A program made the position numbers and the translations under genes. Shown in pieces: positions 50,183 through 60,194 of a DNA stretch of 64,000 bases (its first letter is position 1; each line of letters starts with the position of its first letter). The notes under the pieces were generated by a model, which ran no database searches, was not told where the DNA came from, and was given only the letters and a program-made list of their open reading frames with translations. The stretch spans positions 1,728,001 through 1,792,000 of the forward strand of contig CBDBLO010000002.1 in assembly GCA_965207075.1 (NCBI GenBank), read 5' to 3'. Origin of the DNA: Nitrosopumilus sp. GTDB taxonomy: Archaea > Thermoproteota > Nitrososphaeria > Nitrososphaerales > Nitrosopumilaceae.

Positions 50183-52136
50183 CCGTAACCAGAACCCCGC
50201 GCTTCTCCTCGTCTGAGAGGTGGTCGTAGATCTGCTGCACCTTCGGGCTCTTGGACCACACGTGGCACTGCCCGAACCCCATGTCCCGCCACTTTACCAT
50301 GTTGTACCGGACGTGCTCGGGGTGGCTCTGCACCTCGACCACCGACTCGATCTCCACGCTTATGGGCGTGCCATTGCCATAGTCGTACGCCACCAGGTCG
50401 GTCCTGTCGCGGCCCTTTGTCACCTTTTGGGACGCCACCGCCACGAACATCCCCAGCTCAAGGTAGCTGTAAAACACGCGCCGCGTCAGGTCGTCGATCT
50501 CGGCGGCGGAGCCGACCTCGTCGAACCGGGGCTCAAAGTATGCGGACCTGGCCTCCGGCGTCAGCTCGTACCTTGAGAGGCGGTTTCCGGGATCGGTCTT
50601 TCTGACGAGCCTGTCTGCCTGCATCTTTTTGAGGACGTCGAGCACCTCGGATCTGTTTGACACCGGCAGTTGCGACACCATCTCCACCTGCTGCAGCGGC
50701 TTGTCTAGAAGCATGACCATTATCCTCCACTCCATGTGCGTCGGGAACCGCACCGTTATGCTCTCAAGCCACTTGTTGCGGGCCGCGATCGTCTGCCTGA
50801 CCATGGTATCCTCCACCGTGCCGCGGCCGTACTTTGCAAGCTGGGCGGCCAGGAACTCGTCATACGCGGCGGCAGACACCAGCAGCTCGGGCGGCGCACC
50901 CAGCCAGAACTGGACGGGCAGCGGCTGCTCCTTTCCGGGCGGAGCCTTTTCCCGTATGGACCAGTGAAAGTACTCCTGGCTTGCAAGCAGCCTGGTCAGC
51001 TCCCCCTTGAACTGGGGATCCCAGATCTGGGCCATCCTGGTGGCGTCCTTGCCGTTGACCTTGCCCACGAGCTGCGTCCCCGAGTTCCCGGTGATCAGTC
51101 CGAGCTGCGTGTCGCTTATCTGCTCTGTGGTCTGGTGGGACAGCACCAGCCCCAGCCCCAGCGACCTGGCCTGCTCAAGCATCAGCTGGAGCACCTGCAG
51201 ATCCTTTACGATCTGGAACTCGTCGAGGGCCAGCACCACCTGCGTCCTCTCCTCGCCGGACACGCGGTTTGCGCGCTCCTGGATGGCAAACCACAGCTTT
51301 AGTATGAACGCCTGCATCGCTAGGGGCTGCACGTGGTGGGGCATGTTCAGGGGCGATATGCGCACCACGGTGTACGTGCCTGGCCTGATCAGCTCCCTAA
51401 AGTCGACTGTGCCCCTCCGGACCGAGAACATCCTCTTGAGCACGGGGTCGGTCGCGAACTGCTCTATCCGGTTGAGCAGCGGGACGAACGCGTCGCCCTT
51501 GAGCGCCGCTATGCTCAGGAGCGCCTGCTCCATCTCCCGGTTCGGGGTCCCGAACGTGCTTGCTATCTGCGGCAGGGCGTCGTGCCCGCTCTCCTGCATC
51601 TTCAGTATCATGTCGTGTATGTCAAGGAAGGTGGGCGAGTCGTGCTCCATGTACACGTAGAACAGCAGGGCGCGGAATATGCGCTCCATCTGGACAAACG
51701 TGGCGGACTGCTGGTACCACTCCTCTATGGTCTTCATGAAGTATCCGACGTACCTGGACACCAGCTCCTCGCGCTCGTCATCCCGGTATGCGGGCAGCTC
51801 AAGCGGGTTGATCGAGAACCTGGTCTTCTGGGGGTCCAGGAAATGCACGAGGCCGCGCCCGACCGTGCCGGGGTCGCACTGCCTGACGAACTTGTAGGAG
51901 TCGTCGCCCTTCGGGTCGACGTAGATGAACGCGTTCTGGAACGTGCCGTTGCGGTTCCACGCCTCCAGGTGCTTTGCAAGCAGGCGGATCAGCGAGGTCT
52001 TGCCGGATCCCGAGGCGCCCACCACGTACAGGTGGTTTGCAAAGTCGGTGGGGGATATGACCGCCGCGCCTACATCCTTGGATCTTGCCATCTCGCCCCA
52101 CTGGCGCCCCCTGCCCCTCTTCCGGCCTGCGGCCAA
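50175..52136 (-). CDS. VirD4/VirB4-like (TraG/HerA-clade) ATPase with C-terminal wHTH and PD-(D/E)XK-like domain
   Basis: HLYVVGASGSGKT, YVDPKGD, INPL, LDEFQ, ARSLGL.L.LSHQ; C-terminal TDLVA...SVEIE; likely start ATG 52091. Confidence 0.85.
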   Translation of the reverse strand: MAAGRKRGRGRQWGEMARSKDVGAAVISPTDFANHLYVVGASGSGKTSLIRLLAKHLEAWNRNGTFQNAFIYVDPKGDDSYKFVRQCDPGTVGRGLVHFLDPQKTRFSINPLELPAYRDDEREELVSRYVGYFMKTIEEWYQQSATFVQMERIFRALLFYVYMEHDSPTFLDIHDMILKMQESGHDALPQIASTFGTPNREMEQALLSIAALKGDAFVPLLNRIEQFATDPVLKRMFSVRRGTVDFRELIRPGTYTVVRISPLNMPHHVQPLAMQAFILKLWFAIQERANRVSGEERTQVVLALDEFQIVKDLQVLQLMLEQARSLGLGLVLSHQTTEQISDTQLGLITGNSGTQLVGKVNGKDATRMAQIWDPQFKGELTRLLASQEYFHWSIREKAPPGKEQPLPVQFWLGAPPELLVSAAAYDEFLAAQLAKYGRGTVEDTMVRQTIAARNKWLESITVRFPTHMEWRIMVMLLDKPLQQVEMVSQLPVSNRSEVLDVLKKMQADRLVRKTDPGNRLSRYELTPEARSAYFEPRFDEVGSAAEIDDLTRRVFYSYLELGMFVAVASQKVTKGRDRTDLVAYDYGNGTPISVEIESVVEVQSHPEHVRYNMVKWRDMGFGQCHVWSKSPKVQQIYDHLSDEEKRGVLVTVT

Positions 52137-52145
52137 GCGCCACCA

Positions 52146-53399
52146 TCATCCCGTTGCGATTCCCGCCCCCGCGTCCCCGGGCGCAGGGCCGGGCTGCGGG
52201 CCGGGATCGTCCAGCGAGTCGAAAAAGCCGATGCCGGCGCCCTCCTTTTCAGACGGCTTTGAGGGGAGGCGCACGCCGCGCGTGGTCTCCACGTTGGGCG
52301 TGGACGGGTCGGGCAAATGCACGAACAGCGGCATTTCCACCGGGTTCAGGATCAGGAAAGGCATCGGCCTCCTGGTCCTGTACCCGCGGAGCCCCCACCA
52401 CCCCCTGTCAAAATACTCTGATACGGCGCGGCCGAAAAACTGGTCCGGGTCTGGCAGGTGCCGCGACTCGAACATGCACACCCGGTGGTCGCGCGAACCG
52501 CGCAACCCGGGCACCATGATCTGGGACTTTTTTGCGTCGGAGCAGAACCTGTCATATCTGTAGCGGAACTTTGCCAAATGCTCGTACGTGGAATCGATGC
52601 CGTCCACCGACAGCGCCGAGATCTTGTCAAACGGCAGGTCGATGTCTTTGCCGCCGTTGCTGCTGTTGCCCTGCACCAGCCCCCTTATGCTCATTACCAG
52701 GTGCGCGCCCTGCATCTTTGCCATGACGTGCTTCTTGAGGCCCTTGTAGTTGCTTGTAAGGTCGTACCCGAGTTCCGGGTGCTTGCGCGGCTTTTTCCCC
52801 GTGATCTCGTCCCCCCACGACGTGTAGTCGCCGCGGTTTATCTCCATGAACCGCGCGTCCAGCCGCGACATGTGCGTGCGGAGAAAAGGCGTGCAGTCAA
52901 GCCGCGCAAACACGAACTGGATCCACGCGCGGCTGGCCGACTGTACGGCGCTCGCCATCCTGGTGATGAGGCTGTGCCCCCCACTACCGCCGCCACCCGG
53001 CTCGTCAAAGACCGTCGCGTAGTGGCCGTGCCGCGTCCCCACGTCAAACACGCGGCATGCGGACCCGCGGTCAAACCACGAGGGGACGGTCTCGCTCATG
53101 TCACCGAACGCCGCGTTGGGATACATGACCTGGAACGCCCGCTCGAAGTCGCCCGCGTCCCTCTCGTCTGATATGATGACAAACCGGAGCCTCGACTCTG
53201 CCGCGTCCCACCACATCTCAAAGCTCCGTACCTGCTCGCCTGCCAGGCCCCCGGCGACGTTTGCCGCCCTCTGCGGGTCCGACTCCAGTGGTACAGTTAC
53301 TGAACGGGCGGACGGCCTCTCTGGACCGCGTATGATCTTTCTGACGTCTGCCAGCTGCCCTCTGGGCATCTTTTTGTTTGAGATTCGCCACCTCGGCAT
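52146..53399 (-). CDS. Hypothetical protein resembling the N-terminal partner domain of coupling ATPases
   Basis: SFEMWW....RF......F..MYP.A; AWIQFVF; FILNP.EM..FVHLP; same frame as the downstream ATPase. Confidence 0.65.
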   Translation of the reverse strand: MPRWRISNKKMPRGQLADVRKIIRGPERPSARSVTVPLESDPQRAANVAGGLAGEQVRSFEMWWDAAESRLRFVIISDERDAGDFERAFQVMYPNAAFGDMSETVPSWFDRGSACRVFDVGTRHGHYATVFDEPGGGGSGGHSLITRMASAVQSASRAWIQFVFARLDCTPFLRTHMSRLDARFMEINRGDYTSWGDEITGKKPRKHPELGYDLTSNYKGLKKHVMAKMQGAHLVMSIRGLVQGNSSNGGKDIDLPFDKISALSVDGIDSTYEHLAKFRYRYDRFCSDAKKSQIMVPGLRGSRDHRVCMFESRHLPDPDQFFGRAVSEYFDRGWWGLRGYRTRRPMPFLILNPVEMPLFVHLPDPSTPNVETTRGVRLPSKPSEKEGAGIGFFDSLDDPGPQPGPAPGDAGAGIATG

Positions 53400-53561
53400 G
53401 CAGTCAGGACGGCGGTTTCCTTTTAAGCCCGCAAACGCGCAGTCTCATCCGCATTCCCTATTTGCATCCAGATCAGGATGGTGGAAGCAGACGGGATGGA
53501 GGGGGATGCAGAATTGATTCACTATGGATAGTCTTAAAAACAATTTGAAATACCGTAATGC

Positions 53562-53720
53562 ATGTCAGAGACAAAGCAGGCATCAGATGACAGCCTGTGG
53601 CCAAACGAAGAGTATGCGATAGAACAGTATGAATCCGGAAAGGACACGACGAAGTTGTTTGAAACCCCCGAGGCACTGATAGAGGATCTTCACAGGGCCG
53701 AACGACTTTGTGGCGCATAG
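53562..53720 (+). CDS. Small acidic antitoxin (RelB-like), absent from the ORF track
   Basis: 52 aa MSETKQ...AIEQYESG....FETPEALIEDL; overlaps the toxin start. Confidence 0.7.
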   Translation: MSETKQASDDSLWPNEEYAIEQYESGKDTTKLFETPEALIEDLHRAERLCGA

Positions 53721-53977
53721 AGCGGACAAGCCGGTTTGTCCGTTGCTACGTGAGACTTCCATCCCAGATGAGAAGGAGGGTAGACGAGGCCGTATTGCAA
53801 CTTGCAGAATCTGAAAATCCCGCAGACGCAGGCGTCCCAAAAAGAGGCAGATTCAAGGGATACTTTGCGTATGAGATTGGGCGCTCGTACCGTCTGATCT
53901 ACAGGGTCGTCGACCGGCAGAAGATAGTCCTGCTGGTGGTAGTGGGAGACCACAAGTCTGTCTACGGCAAGGACTGA
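53708..53977 (+). CDS. RelE/StbE family toxin
   Basis: W.I..T.RF.R.Y..L....YRLIY.V......L..VGDH..VY. Confidence 0.88.
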   Translation: MWRIERTSRFVRCYVRLPSQMRRRVDEAVLQLAESENPADAGVPKRGRFKGYFAYEIGRSYRLIYRVVDRQKIVLLVVVGDHKSVYGKD

Positions 53978-54133
53978 CTCTTCTATGATATTCTTTGGAC
54001 TGTCCTCTTTCCAAGACCCGGGGGCGCGACGCGCCGCCGGGCATTCCACTGTCCGCGAGGGACTGCGCCGGCATCCATGCGACTGGCTGCCCGGTGACAC
54101 CTGCATAAGCGGCGCACGCCCTGCGGCGGCAGG

Positions 54134-54964
54134 CTATTCCGCCAGCTTGTAGAGCCCGTTTGCGTTGCTCATCACGGGATCGTCTGGAACCACCACCTTG
54201 AACTCCTTTAGCTTGGCGGCCAGCCTCTCCCGCATGCCGGGGATCAGCAGCCCCCCTCCCGAGAGCGCTACGGTGTACCGGTTGCCGTACTGCCCGGACA
54301 CGTCGTGTATCTCGCGGGCCAGGTTCTCGGCCATTATCCTCGCGTACCTGTGGCACACGTCGTGGTTCCTGTGGAGCAGGTCCGTGTCGAGGTGGGCATA
54401 CCTGCCTATCTTTCGGGTTACAAAGTCCGACGCCCACCTGGAGCTCTCCCCGTCTATGATCTCCATGTCGTCTATCACCACGATCTCGGTTGTGCCCTGC
54501 CCGATGGACACCACGATGGCGCTCTCAAGGTCGAGGTCCACCAGCGTCCCCGAGGCCTGGGCGACCACGGTGCACGCCTCCGTATTGAGCGCCTTTTGTA
54601 TCACCCTTGTCATGGACTCGCGGTAGCCAAACGCGTGGTACGGCAGGCCGACCACGATGCGGAGCTTTGCGTCCGTGTCGGCCGGGGCCTTTGCCAGCCC
54701 GCGGACCTGGCGCATCGTCTCGGCCAGCAGCATGTCCACCTGCTTGTAGTACCTGGAGTCCGGCTTGCCCCTGACAATCGGGCTTATGGCAGTGGCGCCC
54801 ATGGTGTCAAGCAGCGAGCCTGCCTTGTCGCCCACCGCCTCCGTAGCCTTTTCCGTCCACAGCCCGTGGATGCGCCTCACGTATATCGACGGAAAGCGCA
54901 CCGCCCCGTAGTCGGAGACGCACTTTACAAAGCCGGTTCCGATGTCGAGGCCGATCTTCATCAT
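54134..54964 (-). CDS. Actin-like ATPase (ParM/StbA/Ta0583-like)
   Basis: IGLDIGTGFVK (phosphate 1), VGLP, Q, SIGQGTT (phosphate 2), LSGGG, NA.G. Confidence 0.88.
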   Translation of the reverse strand: MMKIGLDIGTGFVKCVSDYGAVRFPSIYVRRIHGLWTEKATEAVGDKAGSLLDTMGATAISPIVRGKPDSRYYKQVDMLLAETMRQVRGLAKAPADTDAKLRIVVGLPYHAFGYRESMTRVIQKALNTEACTVVAQASGTLVDLDLESAIVVSIGQGTTEIVVIDDMEIIDGESSRWASDFVTRKIGRYAHLDTDLLHRNHDVCHRYARIMAENLAREIHDVSGQYGNRYTVALSGGGLLIPGMRERLAAKLKEFKVVVPDDPVMSNANGLYKLAE

Positions 54965-55045
54965 TACGTCTGACATCAATTGCGTTTAAGCGGGGTTTCG
55001 GCAGCCGGCCGACGGGCTGCCCGCGGCACCCGGACGCCGCGACAA

Positions 55046-55477
55046 TTACGTCCTGATCAAGTCCTGTCCCCGGCCGGCAGGCTCCGCGCCCGCGCGGCGC
55101 ACAAACGAACGGCTCTCGGCAAGCCCGGACAGGTGCACAACGCCCGCCAGAACGGCCGCCACGCAGAGGAACTCCGTATCCCACGTATGCGTGACCAGAA
55201 ACGGCGAGAAGACGACGAGCGCCGCCTCGGCCGCAAGCGCTGCCGGCACGGCCATCCGGAGTCGGAGGCGTCCGGCCAGAATGCGGAGCACCAAACTCTG
55301 CTCATATTTGAATAAAAATTGGCGGTGCCTTACGGTGTGCGCCATGTCCAGGCAGCAGGCCGCAAGCCAGAACGAGACGGGGCCCCAGGCCCATCCGGCC
55401 GGAACCGTCCACCCGGAGGCGTACGCAGTCCCGAGCAGCGCGCCCGCAAGGCACGCAAGGACGGTCGACGCCCTCAA
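55046..55477 (-). CDS. Small membrane protein
   Basis: Several hydrophobic helices; overlaps the stop of the pilin-like gene. Confidence 0.6.
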   Translation of the reverse strand: MRASTVLACLAGALLGTAYASGWTVPAGWAWGPVSFWLAACCLDMAHTVRHRQFLFKYEQSLVLRILAGRLRLRMAVPAALAAEAALVVFSPFLVTHTWDTEFLCVAAVLAGVVHLSGLAESRSFVRRAGAEPAGRGQDLIRT

Positions 55478-55758
55478 TACTTGACGCCCACTATGACGAA
55501 CCCGACGAACCCGACAATGGCGATGATGATCGACACGTAGCCGAGGCCCTCAAGGACGGTCGCCTTTATGTCGCCCTCCTCCAGGCATTCGGCGTCGGCG
55601 CCGTCCTGGCCCTGTTCGCACAGCGTCTCCAGGTTGACGTTGGTGAACTCCTCTATTATAAGGGGCGAGAGCGATCCCAGCACGAGGAGCACCACCACCC
55701 CGATCACACCGTTCTTCATCTTCTGCTTGTCTTCCGGGTCCTTTTCTGAAAGTACCAT
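55474..55758 (-). CDS. VirB2/TrbC-like small two-TM pilin
   Basis: K.KMKNGVIGVVVLL.. and LGYVSIIIAIVGFVGFVIVG hydrophobic helices. Confidence 0.55.
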   Translation of the reverse strand: MVLSEKDPEDKQKMKNGVIGVVVLLVLGSLSPLIIEEFTNVNLETLCEQGQDGADAECLEEGDIKATVLEGLGYVSIIIAIVGFVGFVIVGVKY

Positions 55759-55915
55759 GCATGGCATGTGCCCGATATCATAAAAGGCGGTTTTTCTCCG
55801 TACGCGGTTCGGCGGGTGGAGTGGAGAGAGGAATGGAGGCGCTGCCCCCTCTGTCGGGCGCCGTCCTCCGTCTGCCGCACCAGTCCCGGCGGCCGGACTG
55901 CGGGCGGGCCATGAG

Positions 55916-55975
55916 CGGACGGCGGCAAATGCGCGATGGTAACAAAGATTTCTTTGTTACCATCTAACAGATACG
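55916..55975 (-). repeat. Inverted third copy of the 5.3-kb palindromic site
   Basis: GATGGTAACAAAGA-TT-TCTTTGTTACCATC at 55935-55964; flanks also resemble the reverse complement of 5310-5370. Confidence 0.9.
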
Positions 55976-56196
55976 CCTGTCACCGGGGGGCTTGCTACGC
56001 GCCCACGAGTCCGTGACGGGGCGTTCCGGATGCCTCCGGCACACTTTTTTACATGCCTGGAAAACGTCAATGCGTCGTGGACGGCGGGCCTGGCCGCGTT
56101 GCAGGAACCTGTGCCGACCGGCGGCCGTGCGATCTATAATATGATGGGAATGTACGGTTTTCCCTACATGTACACTTTAGATCCCACTCTCTGCAT

Positions 56197-56331
56197 CTAT
56201 TGTGAAGCGGGCGTAGCCTGCACGCGGACCCTCGTAGTCGAATGGTTCATGATCTCTCTGTGGATCGCGGCAAGGCTCTCGTCCCTGAATATTAGGTTGC
56301 ACCTAAAGCACTTGGAGACAACCTCGGTCAT
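56197..56331 (-). CDS. Small C2H2-like zinc-binding protein
   Basis: KCFRCNLIF......IH..I.NH. Confidence 0.65.
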   Translation of the reverse strand: MTEVVSKCFRCNLIFRDESLAAIHREIMNHSTTRVRVQATPASQ

Positions 56332-56594
56332 GTGCAAAAAGCAGGCGTGATTGCTTATAAAAGTATTGGATATTTTGTTCATTTTTTATGACATATGACG
56401 CCATATATTGAAAAGATGAAATTATTTCCGAATTTTGTACAATGTAATGCAATATCTTGCGGGCGGTTGGCGGCAAGCGGGGCGGGGCCGGACGGTCACG
56501 CGCAAATCCCACAAACCCACGCCGGCGCCGTACGCCGGCAACCCACGACAAAAAGGGATTTACGGCAAGGGACTCCTCGAATAATGACTGTAAG

Positions 56595-57221
56595 ATGGAG
56601 GCAGATCCCCTGTTTGATGCGGTGGGGGGACTCTCGTATGCCGGGATATTCCTGCTGCTAGTCGGCGTCAACGCGTCGCCCATACTGATGCCGCCAAGCT
56701 GGGTGATACTGGCCTCGTTCCACCTGCTTGACCCGACCCTGGACGTCATACTGCTTGCGGCCGTGGGGGCCACGGGGGCCACCGCAGGCAGGTTTCTCCT
56801 AAAGCGCGTCAGCATACGCTTCAGGCGGTTTGTGGGGCCCGAGCAGCGTGAAAACCTTGACACGGTAGGCAGGTACCTCAACGGCAAGAGGTACGGGTAC
56901 GTGCTTGCGTCGTTTCTGTTTGGCGCGACCCCGCTGCCAAGCAACATGCTGTTCATCGCATACGGGCTCATGCATGCAAAGAGCGCAGGGATATACGCCG
57001 GCTTCTGGGCCGGCAGGATGATATCGTATGTGATAATGATACACCTGGGGGACATAGTGCTGCGCCCCTTTGTCGGGATATTTGAGGACAGGCTGGTGGG
57101 GATACTGGTAGTCGACGGCATCGGACTCTGCGTGGTAGCTGTGTTCGCGTTCATAGACTGGACGCTCTTGATCACGAAAAAGAGGCTGAGGTTTACGAGG
57201 CCCAGAATCTGGAGGATCTGA
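56595..57221 (+). CDS. DedA/VTT-like membrane protein
   Basis: Y.GIFL....N..P..MPP.W; GAT.G; F.ATPLPS..LFIA.G. Confidence 0.75.
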   Translation: MEADPLFDAVGGLSYAGIFLLLVGVNASPILMPPSWVILASFHLLDPTLDVILLAAVGATGATAGRFLLKRVSIRFRRFVGPEQRENLDTVGRYLNGKRYGYVLASFLFGATPLPSNMLFIAYGLMHAKSAGIYAGFWAGRMISYVIMIHLGDIVLRPFVGIFEDRLVGILVVDGIGLCVVAVFAFIDWTLLITKKRLRFTRPRIWRI

Positions 57222-57259
57222 CGAGCCCGCGGTCCCCAGAGGCATGCGAGGCGCCGCTG

Positions 57260-57571
57260 CTACCCGTAGTCGATGTAGCGATCGTACCTCTTCTCTATCT
57301 CGTTGTTGCGGCCAGACACTATCCTCTCATACTCCCGGTCGCGGCGCGCCGCAATGTACCGGCGTATGTCGGCAAACTCCGGCGTGTCCGGGAAGGAATC
57401 AAAGAGCGGCTCGGCCATCCTCAGGTACTCCAGCGCCTTGGCGCGGTACTCGGCGCGTGTGGGGTTGCGCTCGCGCCTCATCCTGAACCACACGGCAGCC
57501 CAGCTGGAGCCAAGCACGTGCGGCACCAAGTCAAACGCCCTCTCAATCTCAAACCGCTCGTCGTTTCTCAT
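57260..57571 (-). CDS. Conserved hypothetical protein
   Basis: Overlaps the hemB stop (ATGA); 103 aa. Confidence 0.75.
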   Translation of the reverse strand: MRNDERFEIERAFDLVPHVLGSSWAAVWFRMRRERNPTRAEYRAKALEYLRMAEPLFDSFPDTPEFADIRRYIAARRDREYERIVSGRNNEIEKRYDRYIDYG

Positions 57572-58581
57572 TCTGCCAGAAGCGATCCTGCCACGTCCTT
57601 TGCAAAGTATGTGACTATTATGTCGGCGCCCGCCCTCTTTATGGAACTGAGCATCTCGAGGGCAATCTGCGTACCGTCCACGTATCCGGCGGCGGCCGCC
57701 GCCCTGACAAGCGCGTACTCGCCGGAGGTGCTGTATGCGGCGACCGGCAGATCAAGGCGCCTGCGCGCCTCGGCCACCAAGTCAAGGTACGCAAGGGCCG
57801 GCTTGATCATTACAATGTCCGCGCCCTCCTCCGCATCGGCCTCTACCTCCATCATGGCCTCGCGGGCGTTGGTGTATGGCATCTGGTACGTCGACCTGTC
57901 GCCAAACTGCGGGGCGCACTCGGCCGCGTCACGGAACGGCGAGTAGAATCCGGAGCGGTGCTTTGCAGAGTGCGACATGATCAGCACGTCAGAGAACCCC
58001 GAGTCGTCAAGGGCCGTCCGGATTGCAGACACCTGCCCGTCCATCATTGCCGACGGCGCGGCGACGTCGACGCCGGATTCCGCCTGGCTGACGGCGATCT
58101 TGGCAAGCACCTCCAGGCTCGAATCGTTGTCTATGACGGGGCTGCCTCCTTCTCCCCCATCTCCGCCGTGGCCCTCACGTATGACACCGCAGTGTCCAGA
58201 CAAGGTATACTGGCACAGGCAGACGTCGGACATTATCACGATGTCATCTCCAAAGGCCTGGCGCACCTCAGAGGCGGCCCGCTGCACGATCCCGTCCCTG
58301 GCAAACGCGGAGCTTCCCGCATCGTCCTTTGACGAGGGGAGGCCAAACAGCATGATGGCGGGGATGCCGGTGCTTTTGATTGACTCGACCTCCCCGGTTA
58401 CGTCCGACAGCGGCAGGCGCTGCATGCCGGGCATCGATTTCACCGTTACACGCTCGTTAATCCCCTCCTGGACGAACACGGGGCATACCAGGTCAGACGG
58501 CAGGAGCGTGGTCTCCCTGACCAAGCTGCGCATCTTTGCGGTTTTTCGCAACCTGCGCAACCGCCGTGTTGGAAACTGCAT
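57568..58581 (-). CDS. hemB: Porphobilinogen synthase
   Basis: RLRRLR, DVCLCQYT..GHCG, PSAMMDG, FY.PFRDAA, MIKPA, SGEY. Confidence 0.97.
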   Translation of the reverse strand: MQFPTRRLRRLRKTAKMRSLVRETTLLPSDLVCPVFVQEGINERVTVKSMPGMQRLPLSDVTGEVESIKSTGIPAIMLFGLPSSKDDAGSSAFARDGIVQRAASEVRQAFGDDIVIMSDVCLCQYTLSGHCGVIREGHGGDGGEGGSPVIDNDSSLEVLAKIAVSQAESGVDVAAPSAMMDGQVSAIRTALDDSGFSDVLIMSHSAKHRSGFYSPFRDAAECAPQFGDRSTYQMPYTNAREAMMEVEADAEEGADIVMIKPALAYLDLVAEARRRLDLPVAAYSTSGEYALVRAAAAAGYVDGTQIALEMLSSIKRAGADIIVTYFAKDVAGSLLAE

Positions 58582-58802
58582 TATGCATTATGGTGTGATC
58601 GACAAGATATAATCCTAGTGAGAATCGAGGGCGGCGAGAGGGTATGCCTTGACGACTCCCGCATGTCGTGCAGGGCAGCGGGCAGGCCGCGCCCATGCTG
58701 CAAGCGCATGATCACATTTGTGCGCCGTCCGCCCTTGGGGCTGCCAGGTGCGGCAGGATTCTACTATGGGGGTTCGTGCCGCGCATATCGGAGGTATCCG
58801 CG

Positions 58803-60194
58803 TCAGTTTTTCGGGGCGGGGTCTTCTGAGGCGGGGGCGCGGGCATCGGCTGAAGGGGCGGTACCGGCATCGGCCGCACCGTCACTGTCACCCCCATAGT
58901 CAAACAGCCTGCCTGCAAGCGCAATCACGCCAGAGTCGCCGCGCTCGGAGGCCTTGCGCAGGTTGTTGATCGGGGGTGATACGATGCTCTCCACTATCTC
59001 GCGCGTCAGGCTGTCGATTATGCCTATGCGCCTAGCATCTGTCTCGTCGAGCGCGCGTACCGCCTTTTGGAGTTCCTTCTCTCGCAGGGCATCGATCTTC
59101 TTGAACACGTGTTCGGCTATGGGCTCCGCTGCAAGGCGCCTCACAGACGCCTCCAGTACGCCGACCTCCTCCTTTATTGCATCCTCGATGGCCCTGGCCT
59201 TGCCGGCCCTGGCCGTCAGGTTCTTTTCCACCATCTCAGATATCTGGTCCAGGTTCATCAGCTTGACGCCGGGCAGCGTCGCGACCCGCTCGTCGACCGT
59301 GCGCGGGTTTGAGAGGTCGAGGATCATCATGCCACGGCGGTGGCCGCCGTCCGGTTCGCCACTGCCACCGACGTGACCGCTGTTACCTCCGGCACGTCCG
59401 GCCGAGACCGCCTGCGATATCTTCTCAAACGTCACAAGCGAGTACGGGGCGGTGGTGGCGACAAACATCGCGTCGTACCCGGTAAACTTGGACAGAACCT
59501 CCTCAAAGCGCACCGGGGAGCCCCCCAGCGACTCGCAGAACGCCCTTGCACGGCCCAGGGTCCTGCTCGTGACGTCAAACGCGTACCCCCTGCGCAGGAG
59601 CGACTTTGCAACGAGGGTCGAGACCTCGCCCGTTCCGATAAGCAGTATCCTTTTTGACTTCATGTCGTCGATATTCTCCTCGGCAAGCCGGACCGCCATA
59701 GAGCCGACGGAGACGCCCCCCCTGCCGATCCCCGTGCTGCCGCGTATCCGGGTGCCGATCCGTATCGCCTTGTCAAATATCGTGTTCAGGTAGCGGCCCG
59801 ACGAACGCGTCTTGCGCGCCTCGGCAATGGAGCTCTTTATCTGGCCCAGTATCTGCTCCTCCCCTAGCACCATCGAGTCCAGTCCCGACGTGAGCTTGAG
59901 AAGGTGACGCAGCGCCTCGTCGTCCTCGGACATCTCGAGGTTCTCATCAAACGCAACCTCGTCGAGCCCCGTAAGGGAGGCCCACGTCCGCTTCAGCCGC
60001 TCGGTTCCCCCGGGGCCCGTACGCGCAAAGAGCTCCACCCTGTTGCACGTCTGTATTATCACGCACTCGTCCAGACCAGAGTGCCGCCGGAACTGCTCGT
60101 ACGCGTCGTCCACGTCCCGTATGGCGAACCGCTCAAGCACGTGTATGGGCGAGTTGTGGAACGTGACGCGCGCGTTGATGATCTTCTGCCTCAT
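58803..60194 (-). CDS. hemA: Glutamyl-tRNA reductase
   Basis: TCNRVE, GLDSMVLGE.QILGQ, IGTGE, DLS.PR.VD. Confidence 0.97.
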   Translation of the reverse strand: MRQKIINARVTFHNSPIHVLERFAIRDVDDAYEQFRRHSGLDECVIIQTCNRVELFARTGPGGTERLKRTWASLTGLDEVAFDENLEMSEDDEALRHLLKLTSGLDSMVLGEEQILGQIKSSIAEARKTRSSGRYLNTIFDKAIRIGTRIRGSTGIGRGGVSVGSMAVRLAEENIDDMKSKRILLIGTGEVSTLVAKSLLRRGYAFDVTSRTLGRARAFCESLGGSPVRFEEVLSKFTGYDAMFVATTAPYSLVTFEKISQAVSAGRAGGNSGHVGGSGEPDGGHRRGMMILDLSNPRTVDERVATLPGVKLMNLDQISEMVEKNLTARAGKARAIEDAIKEEVGVLEASVRRLAAEPIAEHVFKKIDALREKELQKAVRALDETDARRIGIIDSLTREIVESIVSPPINNLRKASERGDSGVIALAGRLFDYGGDSDGAADAGTAPSADARAPASEDPAPKN

